Assembly: GCA_951406725.2 (NCBI GenBank)
Contig: OX597828.1
Location: 72,974,001-73,038,000 of the forward strand
Length of the DNA stretch: 64,000 bases
Direction: 5' to 3'
Source: Octopus vulgaris
Taxonomy: Eukaryota
Shown: in pieces, positions 1 through 13,321 of the stretch
Numbering within the stretch: position 1 is the stretch's first letter
Layout: each line of letters opens with the position of its first letter
Notes under the pieces: generated by a model
Told to the model about the DNA's origin: nothing
Seen by the model: the letters and a program-made list of their open reading frames with translations, nothing else
The model's database searches: none
Made by a program: the position numbers and the translations under genes

Positions 1-47
1 TATATATATACAAAGATATATATGTGGGGATATTGAAGAACATATAA

Positions 48-176
<129 letters not shown>

Positions 177-526
177 AATGGTTGTGTCAGTGCAGATATG
201 CACGTCCATGCATACACATGCACATACGCCTTCACATACGAATATATGTTTATAACGATGTGCTTACAGTTACATAATTAAGTGAAGTTGCTATATGTGT
301 CTAGTATAGGGGTGTTGACCCTTTTCTTTAAGTGGTGCATCAATTGTGTTGTTTGTATTGCAATTAACTCGATCATTGGCAAGTTCAGCATCCTTGCCAA
401 CCCCCGAACCCAACGCATAAATGTTATTCTTGTCCGCCAAATTCATATCCGTGTCTCTTTAGTCACGTAGTTAAGAACCGGTGTATGTATACAGGTGTGA
501 ACGTGTCTATAAGTGCAAGTACTAAG

Positions 527-757
527 GGCGGCGATCTGACGGAAACGTTAGCACACCGGGCGAAATGCTTAGCGGTATTTCGTCTGTCGTTACGTTCTGA
601 GTTCAAATTCCGCCGAGGTCGACTTTGCCTTTCATCCTTTCGGGGTCGATAAATTAAGTACCAGTTACGCACTGAGGTCTATATAATCGACTTAATCCCT
701 TTGTCTGTCCTTGATTGTCCCTTCTATGTTTAGCCCCTTGTGGGTAGTAAAGAAATA
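527..757 (+). mobile_element. tRNA-derived SINE, family A with tail type 1 (A1), full length
   Basis: Head GGCGGCGATCTGACGGAAACGTTAGC, B-box-like GAGTTCAAATTCC, core GAGGTCGACTTTGCCTTTCATCCTTTCGGGGTCGATAAATTAAGTACCAG, end GTAGTAAAGAAATA. 12-bp direct repeat TATAAGTGCAAG at 508-519 and 758-769 (TSD). Many copies in the window. Confidence 0.9.
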
Positions 758-849
758 TATAAGTGCAAGCTTTATGACAAACCTGTGTAATTACATCACT
801 GACAGGCAATGCCAGTCACCTTCACGCCAACGGAAATACATTAATTTAA

Positions 850-1204
850 CCCTCGGCCATCATGTCACTCTGTCTTCTTACTTTTCTACCATTACTATAA
901 CGTTTTCTGGTCTTCTAAAGTTGCCCACTTTGTATGATGTCTTCTTTCAAATTCGCTCAAATCAAATGAGAGCATGAACGATCAGGCGTAAACTGGTGCG
1001 AAACGACAGCACAAACTCCTGCACCTCCTGCAATCCCTTTTGTGTGCCACTCCTTTTAAACGATGGCAGTTGTAATCACATAAAAAATGAGCGAGCTTCT
1101 ACGCATTGTTCAATGCTAGACAGAGCAGTCATATGTTCACGTGATGTACTCATCACATCTACAACAATGGTTATCACTGCTTTATTAGTCTTTGTGTTTA
1201 AGGG
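850..1204. mobile_element. possible decayed piggyBac-type non-autonomous element
   Basis: TTAA|CCCT at 846-853 and AGGG|TTAA at 1201-1208. The terminal match is only 4 bp and there is no coding remnant. Confidence 0.3.
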
Positions 1205-1257
1205 TTAAATACCCGAGTAACATTTCTTCCTTAGCAGGGTATTTCTTCTCAAGGGCT

Positions 1258-1660
1258 CTCTTTTACTTGTTTCAGTTATTTGGCTGCGGCCATGCTGTAG
1301 CACCGCCTTTAGTCGAGCTAATCGACCCCAGGACTTATTCTTTGTAAGCCCAGTACTTATTCTATCGGTCTCTTTTGATAAACCGCTAAGTTATGAGGAC
1401 GTAAACACACCAGCATCGGTTGTGAAGCGATGCTGGGGGGGGGGACAAACACAGACATACAAACATATACGCACACATACATATATATATATGCATATAT
1501 ACGACAGGCTTCTTTCAGTTTCCGCCTACCAAATCCACTTACATGGCTTTGGTTCGCCCGAGGCTAGAGTAGAAGACACTTGCCCAAGGTGCCACGCAGT
1601 GGGAATGAACCCAGAATCATGTGGTTGGTAAGCAAGCTACTTACCACTCAGTCACTCCTG
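1258..1660 (-). mobile_element. bipartite tRNA-derived SINE, family B
   Basis: On the - strand: head CAGGAGTGACTGAGTGGTAAGTAGCTTGCTT, CORE-like GTGGCACCTTGGGCAAGTGTCTT, internal TA/TG microsatellite, 3' module ending GAAACAAGTAAAAGAG. Confidence 0.9.
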
Positions 1661-1956
1661 TTATGTCAGAGGAAAATTACCTCAAAGCAGTGTTCCTCAT
1701 GCTGAATACACATAAATTGGGATCTCACTTAAATGTTGTTGTGAGCTGATAACTTACTATTTATGATTATCCACGCAATTAGTAGACATACATGTGTCTA
1801 TGTGGCAGCCTATATCTTGCTTTTAGGTGTCCATAGGGCGGCGAGCAGACATCGATATCCTCCTGTGCCTTTCCCGAAACTTTGTGGTCATTCAAACATT
1901 TAGACACAACAAGCAAGAGAGTCAATATACTATATATAGATAATTATTTTTAAGAT

Positions 1957-2582
1957 AGACACAAGGGCTGAGAATTTCTGGGCAGAGTCAAGTCGCCCAC
2001 ATCGACCCCAGTGTGCGACTGGTACTTTTATCGACGACAAAAGGATGAAAGGTACAATCGACCCCAGGGGAATTTGAACTCAAGGGATTATGCCAGAATA
2101 AATACGCTAAGCTTTATGTTAGGCGTCCTAGCAATACTGACAGCTCGCCGTTGCGATGGCAGAATCGTTAGCACTCTCGCCCACATGCTTAACGGCATTT
2201 CGGCGCTCTGGGTTAAAATTCCGCCGAGGTCGACTTATCCCTAGATCCTTTCAAGGTTAACAAAATAAGTGCCAGTTGAGCCCTGAGGTCAATCTAATCG
2301 GCTAGGACTCTACCCTTAAATTTATGGGCTTGTGCCTGTTGTAGAAAAGTTTATTTAAGTGACATAGGATGGTGAGCTGTCACAATTGTGAGAGCGTCGA
2401 ACAAAATGCTTAGCGGCATTTCTTCTGCCTTTTTATATTCTGAGTTCAAATCTTCCCGAGGTCAACTTTGCTTTTCATAATTTCGGGGTCAATAAAATTA
2501 GTGCCAGTCGAGCACTGGGGTTGATGTAGCCAACTAGCCCCACCCCTCAAGTTTCTGGTGTTTTGCCTATAGCTGGCAGGAA
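1957..2582. mobile_element. cluster of three degenerate family A SINEs with tail type 2 (one -, two +)
   Basis: A-core matches at about 2000-2080 (-), 2210-2290 (+) and 2440-2520 (+). Tails resemble GGGCTTGTGCCT..AGAAAAG. Confidence 0.75.
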
Positions 2583-3042
2583 TACACTGTCTAGCACTTA
2601 CCTTATTCAATGCGTTCGTCTTTTTGTAAAACAGAACGGTATGGTTTGAAGGAAATTTGGTTGCTATTTCTAATAGTTTGGTTAACTCCTGGCTGGTTGT
2701 TTCCATATGGTACCTAGAGATATCGTCAATAATCTGTAATATGTGAGTGTTTGTTTATCCAGCTCACTTATATTAACATCGCTCTGTTTCGCAACGATAA
2801 TCTAAAGAAAGGAGAAAAGTAAAACAAACCCTCCTCATATTACGGTTTTAAGTGGTTTATGAAAATATGACTCTGGCCACGACTAGCAATGGTGTAGGAC
2901 TCGGTGGCAGCCTATATCTTGCTTTCATAAATGGTTTTAGGTGTCCATAGGGCGGCGAGCAGACATCGATATCCTCCTGTGTCTTTCCCGAAACTTTGGC
3001 ACAACGGAACGTCGAATTTGTAACAAGAGAAGGGAGATGGCG

Positions 3043-3409
3043 ACATACATACATACATACATACATACTTGCATACATACATGCATACATACATACATAC
3101 ATGCATGCATGCATACATGCATACATGCATGCATATATACATACATACATGCATACATGCATACATACATACATACATGCATACATACATACATACATGC
3201 ATACATGCATACATACATACATACATACATACATACATACATACATACGTACATACATACATACATGCATGCATATATACACACACACATATACATACAT
3301 ACATACATAGATACATACATATACATACATGCATACATACATGCATACATGCATACATACATACATACATACATGCATACATACATACATACACACATAC
3401 ATACATACA

Positions 3410-3441
<32 letters not shown>

Positions 3442-3459
3442 CATACATATACATACATA
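3043..3459. repeat. (CATA)n microsatellite, the tail of a family C 3'-end fragment
   Basis: CATA/CATG repeats abutting 3460-3491, which is the reverse complement of the family C 3' end (ACCCTCGTCGTCGTAACCGACGGAGTG). Confidence 0.9.
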
Positions 3460-3756
3460 CTGGCACTCCGTCGGTTACGACGACGAGGGTAAAGATATGA
3501 CTTCCAAATATCATGTAAATTGTAGGTGCCAGCAACGGTTAATCGAAGTGATCGAAATTATTGCGGTGTTACCAATAACTCACAGATTTGGTAATATCAA
3601 CAGAAGGTTTATGCTGGAATCAGGAAAATTCCATGGGAAATGAAACATGTCTGAGTCATCCAGTTTTGAATGCCCGGATGTTGAGTAACAGCATTATTAT
3701 CTTGAATAGGTAAACGAGGACAATGAAAATATGCTTGCATTTATTTTGAACGTATG

Positions 3757-6700
3757 TTCTTCTTCTTCTTCTTCTTCTTCTTCTTCTTCTTCTTCTTCTT
3801 CTTCTTCTTCTTCTTCTTCTTCTTCGTCTTCTTCTTCTTCTTCTTCTTCTCCGTCTTCTTCTTCTTCTTCTTCTTCTTCTTCTTCTTCTTCTTCTTCTTC
3901 TTCTTCTTCGTCTTCTTCTCCTTTCTTCTTCTTCTTCTTCTTCTTCTTCTTCTTCTTCTTCTTCTCCTTCTTCCTCTTCGTCTTTTTCTTCTTCTTCTTC
4001 TTCGTCTTCGTCTTCTTCTTCTTCTTCTTCTTCTTCTTCTTCTTCTTCTTTCTTCTTCTTCTTCTTCTTCTTCGTCTTCTTCTTCGTCTTCTTCTTCTTC
4101 TTCTTCTTCGTCTTCTTCTTCGTCTTCTTCTTCGTCGTCTTCTTCTTCTTCTTCTTCTTCTTCTTCTTCTTCGTCTTCTTCTTCTTCTTCTTCTTCTTCT
4201 TCTTCTTCGTCTTCTTCTTCTTCTTCTTCTTCTTCTTCTTCATCTTCTTCTTCTTCTTCTTCTTCTTCTTCTTCTTCTTCTTCTTCTTCTTCTTCTTCTT
4301 CTTCTTCGTCTTCTTCTTCTTCTTCGTCTTCTTCTTCTTCGTCTTCTTCTTCTTCTTCTTCGTCTTCTTCTTCTTCTTCTTCTTCTTCTTCGTCTTCTTC
4401 TTCTTCTTCTTCTTCTTCTTCGTCTTCTGCTTCGCTTCTTCTTCTTCTTCTTCTTCTTCTTCTTCTTCTTCTTCTTCTTCTTCTTCTTCTTCTTCGTCTT
4501 CTTCTTCTTCTTCTTCTTCTTCTTCTTCTTCTTCTTCTTCTTCTTCTTCTTCTTCGTCTTCTTCTTCTTCTTCTTCTTCTTCTTCTTCTTCTTCTTCTTC
4601 TTCTTCGTCTTCTTCTTCTTCTTCTTCTTCTTCTTCTTCTTCTTCTTCTTCGTCGTCTTCTTCTTCGTCGTCTTCTTCTTCTTCTTCTTCTTCTTCTTCT
4701 TCTTCTTCTTCTTCTTCTTCGTCTTCTTCTTCTTCTTCTTCTTCTTCTTCTTCTTCTTCGTCTTCTTCTTCTTCTTCCGCTTCCCCTTCTTCGGCTTCTT
4801 CTTCTTCTTCTTCTTCTTCTTCTTCTTCTTCTTCTTCTTCGTCTTCTTCTTCTTCTTCTTCTTCTTCTTCTTCTTCTTCGTCTTCTTCTTCGTCTTCTTC
4901 TTCTTCTTCTTCTTCTTCTTCATTCTTCTTCTTCTTCTTCTTCTTCTTCTTCTTCTTCTTCTTCTTCTTCTTCTTCTTCTTCGTCTTCTTCTTCTTCTTC
5001 TTCTTCTTCTTCTTCGTCTTCTTCTTCGTCTTCTTCTTCTTCTTCTTCTTCTTCTTCGTCTTCTTCTTCTTCTTCTTCTTCTTCTTCTTCTTCTTCTTCT
5101 TCTTCGTCTTCTTCTTCTTCGTCTTCTTCTTTTTTTTTCTTCTTCTTCTTCTTCTTCTTCTTCGTCTTCTTCTTCTTCTTCTTCTTCTTCTTCGTCTTCT
5201 TTTTCTTCTTCTTCTTCTTCTTCTTCTTCTTCTTCGTCTTCTTCTTCTTCTTCCGCTTCTTCTTCTTCGTCTTCTTCTTCTTCTTCTTCTTCTTCTTCGT
5301 CTTCTTCTTCTCCTTCTTCTTCTTCTTCTTCTTCTTCTTCGTCTTCTTCTTCTTATTCTTCTCCGTCTTCTTCTTCTTCTTCTTCTTCTTCTTCGTCTTC
5401 TTCTTCTTCTTCTTCTTCTTCTTCTTCTTCTTCTCTCTTCTTCTTCTTCTTCTTCTTCTTCTTCTTCTTCTTCTTCTTCTTCTTCTTCTTCGTTCTTCTT
5501 CTTCTTCTTCTTCTTCTTCTTCTCCTTCTTCCTCTTCGTCTTTTTCTTCTTCTTCTTCGTCTTCGTCTTCTTCTTCTTCTTCTTCTTCTTCTTCTTCTCG
5601 TCTTCTTCTTCTTCTTCTTCGTCTTCTTCTTCGTCTTCTTCTTCGTCGTCTTCTTCTTCTTCTTCTTTTTCGTCTTCTTCTTCTTCTACTTCTTCTTCTT
5701 CATCTTCTTCTTCTTCGTCTACTTATTTTTCTTCTTCTTCTTCTTCTTCTTCTTCGTCTTCTTCTTCTTCTTCTTCTTCTTCGTCTTCTTCTTCTTCTTC
5801 TTCTTCTTCTTCTTCGTCTTCTTCTTCTTCGTCTTCGTCTTCTTCTTTCTTCGTCTTCTTCTTCTTCTTCTTCTTCGTCTTCTTCTTCTTCTTCTTCTTC
5901 TTCTTCGTCTTCTTCTTCTTCTTCTTCTTCTTCTTCTTCTTCTTCTTCGTCTTCTTCTTCTTCTTCTTCTTCTTCGTCTTCTTCTTCTTCTTCTTCTTCT
6001 TCTTCGTCTTCTTCTTCTTCTTCTTCTTCTTCTTCTTCTTCTTCTTCTTCTTCTTCTTCTTCTTCTTCTTCTTCTTCTTCTGCTTCTTCTTCGTCTTCTT
6101 CTTCGTCGTCTTCTTCTTCTTCTTCGTCTTCTTCTTCTTCTTCTTCGTCTTCTTCTTCTTCTTCGTCTTCTTCTTCTTCTTCTTCTTCTTCTTCTTCGTC
6201 TTCTTCTTCTTCTTCTTCTTCTTCTTCTTCTTCTTCTTCTTCTTCTTCTTCTTCTTCTTCTTCGTCTTCTTCTTCGTCTTCTTCTTCTTCCTCTTCTTCT
6301 TCTTCTTCTTCGTCTTCTTCTTCGTCGTCTTCTTCGTCTTCTTCTTCTTCTTCTTCGTCTTCTTCTTCTTCGTCTTCTTCTTCTTCTTCTTCTTCTTCTT
6401 CTTCTTCTTCTTCTTCTTCTTCTTCTTCTTCTTCTTCTTCTTCTTCTTCTTCTTCTTCTTCTTCTTCTTCTTCTTCTTCTTCTTCTTCTTCTTCTTCTTC
6501 TTCTTCTTCTTCTTCTTCGCTTCTTCTTCTTCGTCTTCTTCTTCTTCTTCTTCTTCTTCGTCTTCTTCTTCTTTCTTCTTCTTCTTCTTCTTCTTCTTCG
6601 TCTTCTTCTTCTTCTTCTTCTTCTTCTTCTTCGTCTTCTTCTTCGTCTTCTTCTTCTTCGTCTTTCTTCTTCTTCTTCGTCTTCTTCTTCTTCTTCTTCT

Positions 6701-7171
6701 TCTTCTTCTTCTTCTTCTTCGTCTTCTTCTTCGTCTTCTTCTTCGTCTTCTTCTTCTTCTTCTTCTTCTTCTTCTTCTTCTTCTTCTTCGTCGTCTTCTT
6801 CTTCTTCTTCTTCTTCTTCGGCTTCGGCTTCTTCTTCTTCTTCTTCTTCTTCTTCTTCTTCTTCGTCTTCTTCTTCTTCGTCTTCTCCTTCTTCTTCTTC
6901 GTCTTCTTCTTCTTCTTCTTCTTCTTCTTCTTCTTCTTCGTCTTCTTCTTCTTCGTCTTCTTCTTCTTCTTCTTCGTCTTCTTCTTCTTCTTCTTCTTCT
7001 TCTTCTTCTTCTTCTTCTTCTTCTTCTTCGTCTTCTTCTTCGTCTTCTTCTTCTTCTTCTTCTTCTTCTTCGTCTTCTTCTTCTTCTTCTTCTTCTTCTT
7101 CTTCTTCTTCTTCTTCTTCTTCTTCTTCTTCTTCGTCTTCTTCTTCTTCTTCTTCGTCTTCTTCTTCGTCT

Positions 7172-7218
<47 letters not shown>

Positions 7219-7755
7219 TTCTTCTTCTTCTTCTTCTTCTTCGTCTTCTTCTTCTTCTTCTTCGTCTTCTTCTTCTTCTTCTTCTTCTTCTTCGTCTTCT
7301 TCTTCGTCTTCTTCTTCTTCTTCTTCTTCTTCTTCTTCTTCTTCTTTCTTCGTCTTCTTCTTCGTCTTCTTCTTTTCTTCTTCTTCTTCTTCGTCTTCTT
7401 CTTCTTCTTCTTCTTCTTCTTCGTCTCTTCTTCGCTTCTTCTTCTTCTTCTTCTTCTCGTCTTCTTCTTCTTCTTCTTCTTCTTCTTCTTCTTCTTCTTC
7501 TTCTTCTTCGGCTTCTTCTTCTTCTTCTTCTTCTTCTTCTTCTTCTTCTTTCTTCTTCTTCTTCGTCTTCTTCTTCTTCTTCTTCTTCTTCTTCTTCTTC
7601 TTCTTCTTCTTCTTCTTCTTCTTCTTCTTCTTCTTCTTCTTCTTCTTCTTCGTCTTCTTCTTCTTTCTTCTTCTTCTTCTTCTTCTTCTTCTTCTTCTTC
7701 TTCTTCTTCTTCTTCTTCTTCTTCTTCTTCTTCGTCTTCTTCTTCTTCTTCTTCT

Positions 7756-7799
<44 letters not shown>

Positions 7800-8558
7800 T
7801 CATTTCTTCTCTCTATACATGTTTGTATATATATATGTGTGTGTGAGGGTGTGTGTCTATGTGTGCATACATACATATATATATATACATACTTCTTCTT
7901 TCTTCGTCTTATTCTTCGTCTTCTTCTTCTTCTTCTTCTTCTTCTTCTTCTTCTTTCTTCGTCTTCTTCTTCGTCTTCTTCTTCTTCTTCTTCCGCTTCT
8001 TCTTCTTCTTCTTCGTCTTCTTCTTCTTCTTCTTCTTCTTCTTCTTCTTCTTTCTTCGTCTTCTTCTTCTTCTTCTTCTTCTTCTTCGTCTTCTTCTTCG
8101 TCTTCTTCTTCTTCTTCTTCTTCTTCTCTTCTTCTTTCTTCGTCTTCTTCTTCGTCTTCTTCTTTTTCGTCTTCTTCTTCTTCTTCGTCTTCTTCTTCTT
8201 CTTCTTCTTCTTCTTCTTCTTCGTCTTCTTCTTCGTCTTCTTCTTCGTCTTCTTCTTCGTCGTCTTCTTCTTCTTCTTCTTCTTCTTCTTCCCCTTCCCC
8301 TTCTTCGGCTTCTTCTTCTTCTTCTTCTTCTTCTTCTTCTTCTTCTTCTTTCTTCGTCTTCTTCTTCGTCTTCTTCTTCTTCTTCTTCTTCTTCTTCTTC
8401 TTCTTCTTCTTCTTCTTCTTCTTCTTTCTTCGTCTTCTTCTTCGTCCTCTTCTACTTCTTCTTCTTCTTCTTCTTCTTCTTCGTCTTCTTCTTCTTCTCT
8501 TCTTCTTTCTTCGTCTTCTTCTTCGTCTTCTTCTTCTTCTTCTTCTTCTTCTTCTTCT

Positions 8559-8590
<32 letters not shown>
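3757..8590. repeat. giant (TTC)n/(GAA)n trinucleotide tract with TCG interruptions
   Basis: About 4.8 kb, almost all pyrimidine on +. Interrupted once at 7800-7892 by a copy of the right flank. Confidence 0.98.
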
Positions 8591-8675
8591 TCATTTCTTC
8601 TCTCTATACATGTATGTATATATATGTGTGTGTGTGAGGGTGTGTGTCTATGTGTGCATACATACATATATATAT

Positions 8676-8712
<37 letters not shown>

Positions 8713-8749
8713 CACACTCTTTGTATGTATGCATATCTATCTATCTATC

Positions 8750-8785
<36 letters not shown>

Positions 8786-8943
8786 GATATACATATACAT
8801 ATATACATATGCATGTACAATCTTTGTATTTATGGCATGCATTATCCATATACATACACATTCACACACATGAACAGGTAAAGATACGTAAGACATACAT
8901 GCATATATATTCACACATACACACACACACACACACACACCAT

Positions 8944-8980
<37 letters not shown>

Positions 8981-9544
8981 CCTGCGTATATGTGCGTGAG
9001 TGTATAAATATACATACGCACATACATATACATGAATGTTGAGAGCTACATGAATAGATAGTAAAGATATAGATAGAGAAATAGATAAACAGATTGAAAG
9101 AGAGTCAGAAGCAGAGAGAGTAAGTGAGACATACATGGAGATACAGAGAGAGAATGTGTAAGTATATGAGAGAGAGAGAGAGAGAGAGAGGTGGGAGAGA
9201 GAGATGCAGACACAAAGAGAAGGTGAAAGAAAGAGAAGGAGAGTGAGAGGATTGCAGTTACTTGATGGGATTTGTATCCTAATCCTCGGTGAATTAGGGA
9301 GCTGAACCTGTTCCCTAGAGCGGTGTGAATAGTATGATAACAGTTTCAATCTCACCCACCAACCGCCACAACACCTCCGGCATCCAGCAAACATTCAGAG
9401 ATAACGTTCAGTTAAGTGACTTTTGTTTGCTGAGAGAGACTGGGTATTATTGTATCGTGGGTATGAGTACGAATGTGTTCTACAGCACACACACACACAC
9501 ACACACATTCAAAAAATAGACACATGCATTTTATATATACTTAT

Positions 9545-9594
9545 GTATGCATGTATGTATGTATGTACGTATGTATGTATGTATGTATGTATGA

Positions 9595-9666
<72 letters not shown>

Positions 9667-10500
9667 ATAATGTGCCTGTGTGTATGTATGTATGTATGTA
9701 TGTATGTATGTATGTATGTATGTATGTGTGTGTATGTATGTATGTATATGTATGTGTATGTATGTATGTATGTATGTATGTATATATGTATGTGTATGTA
9801 TGTATGTATGTATGTATATATGTATGTATGTATGTATGTGTGTGTATGTATGTATGTATGTATGTATGTATATATGTATGTATGTATGTATGTGTGTGTG
9901 TGTATGTATGTATGTATGTATGTATGTATATGTATGTATGTATGTATGTATGTACGTATGTATGTATGTATGTATGTATGTATGTATATGTATATGTATG
10001 TGTATGTATGTATGTATGTATGTATGTATGTATGTATGTATGTATGTATGTATGTATATGTATGTGTATGTATGTATGTATGTATGTATGTATGTATGTA
10101 TGTATGTATGTATGTATGTATGTATGTATGTATGTATGTATGTATGTATGTATGTGTGTATGTATGTATGTATGTATGTATGTATGTATGTGTATGTATG
10201 TATGTATGTATGTATGTATGTATGTATGTATGTATGTATGTATGTATGTATGTATGTATGTATGTGTATGTATGTATGTATGTATGTATGTGTGTATGTA
10301 TGTATGTATGTATGTATGTATGTATGTATGTATGTATGTATGTATGTATGTACATATGTATGTGTGTGTATGTATGTATGTATGTATGTATGTATGTATG
10401 TATGTATGTATGTATGTATGAATGTGTACATATATATATATATATATATATGTCTGTGTGTGTGTGTGTGTATGTATGTATATAATGTGCTTGTGTGTAT
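9545..10500. repeat. (TATG)n array with a duplicated flank cassette
   Basis: TATG repeats. The cassette GAATGTGTAC(AT)nGTC(TG)n..TATAATGTGC occurs at about 9593 and 10420. Confidence 0.95.
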
Positions 10501-10621
10501 GCGTTTAGGTATGTGTATGCATGTATCACACGTTTAAAAATGTATAGACACATAAATATTGTATGCTTATCTAAGCGATTTTTCTGTGCGTGTGTGTGCG
10601 TGTGTTCTCTGGTGTCTATAT

Positions 10622-11051
<430 letters not shown>

Positions 11052-11197
11052 GAGAGAGACAAAAAGGCAGAGAGTGTGTTGCTTTCACAATATATTTAAA
11101 TAACTATTATTGAAAGTGAAAATACACATAGGTAGTTAATGTACAAAGCCATAGGTTACCGAAATACATGTGCTTGTGGGTTTATAAGAGTATAAAT

Positions 11198-11260
<63 letters not shown>

Positions 11261-11353
11261 TGTGTGTGTGCGTGTGAGGTTGTATGTGTGTGTACTTATG
11301 TACGTATGTGTGTATATCAAAGACGATTTTGTTCATAACACATTTTACACAGT

Positions 11354-11456
<103 letters not shown>

Positions 11457-11629
11457 GAGAGAGAGAAGAGTAGAGCAACATATGCTCCACAGCTGAGACT
11501 CTCAGCAATGAACGAACTAAGATTCTATTCCAAATCCCAGAGAACAATATCGGGCCTGTTGTCTTTGCACTCATTTTGCACTTTATTTTTATTAGCTCGC
11601 TCATAAACCCTGTTGCGAACACTGTCTTC

Positions 11630-11667
<38 letters not shown>

Positions 11668-11679
11668 TAATAATAATAA

Positions 11680-12468
11680 GTTACAGTTATAACAATAATA
11701 CGTTACAGCTACAATATCCTTAACTAGAATCTAAATATTTAAATAAGCTAATCAAAATAGACAAGAGAAATAATGGCAGGATTTAGGATGCACCACCCAA
11801 AATCTGACAAAGAAAGGCTATACATACAACATATCGAAGGTGTAGTGGCCTTATACAGCTAGAAAACTATTACAAAATAACCAGCATAGAACTCAGTAAC
11901 ACCTACTGCAGAAGAAAGGAAAACTAATACACATAACCACAAAACACGAACAAAGGAAAAAAATTGTTTTCAGTGTTTAAGGAAGCTGACAAGTACAAAA
12001 AAGAAATCATAGTACCTAACAACTATGAAGAAAAATAACGGAAGCTCTAAAATAACTGAAATCGAATCTAAGAGTGGAACTTGATAAAACGATGGCAAGA
12101 AAAGCCCCTTCATGGCAAATATTGGGGTAAGCTAAACAGAAAAGAAATAGAAAGAACAAAATCCCAACATTGGCTGAGAAGCTCAGGACTTCAAGCAGGG
12201 GCCGAAGGATTTTTAATTGCCGCACATGATCAAACCCTTCCCCACCATAAATTACAAAAAACACATAATGAAAAGAAGTACAGCAAGCAAATGCGGAATA
12301 TGTGGTGATGGAGAAGAAGGAATATATTCATAGACACGACAGAGTTGGGATCTATACATGCTGGAAGCTATGCCAACACTAGAATAACAACAGAAAAAAG
12401 TTCATACCCAAGGCACACAGAGCTGCGCAATGTAGTGCATTGAACGCGCGTGTTGAAAATAAGACTAC
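11680..12468 (+). mobile_element. R4/Dong-like non-LTR retrotransposon relic 1 (5'-truncated, frameshifted)
   Basis: Conceptual peptides RMHHPKSDKERLYI, WQEKPLHGKYW, WLRSSGLQAGAEGFLIAAHDQTL and CGIC..RHD. Bounded on both sides by (TAA)n. Confidence 0.85.
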
Positions 12469-12589
12469 TGAATAATAATAATAATAATATTAATACAATT
12501 AGTTTTGTTTTGCTTTTCTACGTACCTGTGGTGTGTGTCACACTTACTTCAAAGGAAGAAGTGGCTGGCTAAGTGACAGAGGAAGTAAG

Positions 12590-12636
<47 letters not shown>

Positions 12637-12727
12637 AAGAGAGAGTGAGTGAAAGGGATAGTGAGTGGTGACGGCATTCGCTTTTTTTTTTGTTTCAGAG
12701 TGGAATTAAGAGAGAAAGAGAGAAAGT

Positions 12728-12774
<47 letters not shown>

Positions 12775-12780
<6 letters not shown>

Positions 12781-13164
12781 TGTGTGGTAAGTAGCTTGCT
12801 TACCAGCCACATGGTCCCGGGTTCAGTCCCACTACGTGGCATCTTGGGCAAGTGTCTTCTGCTATAGCCTCGGGCCGACCAATGCCTTGTGAGTGGATTT
12901 GGCAGACGGAAACTGAAAGAAGCCTGTCGTATATATGTATATATATATGTATGTGTGTATATGTTTGTGTGTCTGTGTTTGTCCCTCTAGCATCGCTTGA
13001 CAACCGATGCTGGTGTGTTTACGTCTCCGTCACCTAGTAGTTCGGCAAAAGAGACCGATAGAATAAGTACTGGGCTTACAAAGAATAAGTCCCGGGGTCG
13101 ATTTGCTCGACTAAAGGCGGTGCTCCAGCATGGCCGCAGTCAAGTGACAGAAACAAGTAAAAGA

Positions 13165-13172
<8 letters not shown>
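12775..13172 (+). mobile_element. family B SINE, near full length, inside (GA)n
   Basis: GAGTGGCTGTGTGGTAAGTAGCTTGCTT through GAAACAAGTAAAAGAGTAAAAGAG. Confidence 0.9.
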
Positions 13173-13203
<31 letters not shown>

Positions 13204-13321
13204 TGACAGAGAAAGCGAGAGAGAGAGAGAGTGACAGAGAAAGAAAGAGTGAAAGAGAAAGCGAGACAAATAATAATAATAATAATAATAATGATGATAA
13301 TAATAATAATAATAATAACAA

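Noticed and set aside
3656-8881. Very long ORFs (up to 1627 aa) of poly-S/F/L/K/E/R
   Set aside because: These are stop-free read-throughs of (TTC)n, open in all frames on both strands.
9423-10553. MYVC and HTYI repeat ORFs, here and throughout the window
   Set aside because: They are translations of TATG, TA and TG microsatellites.
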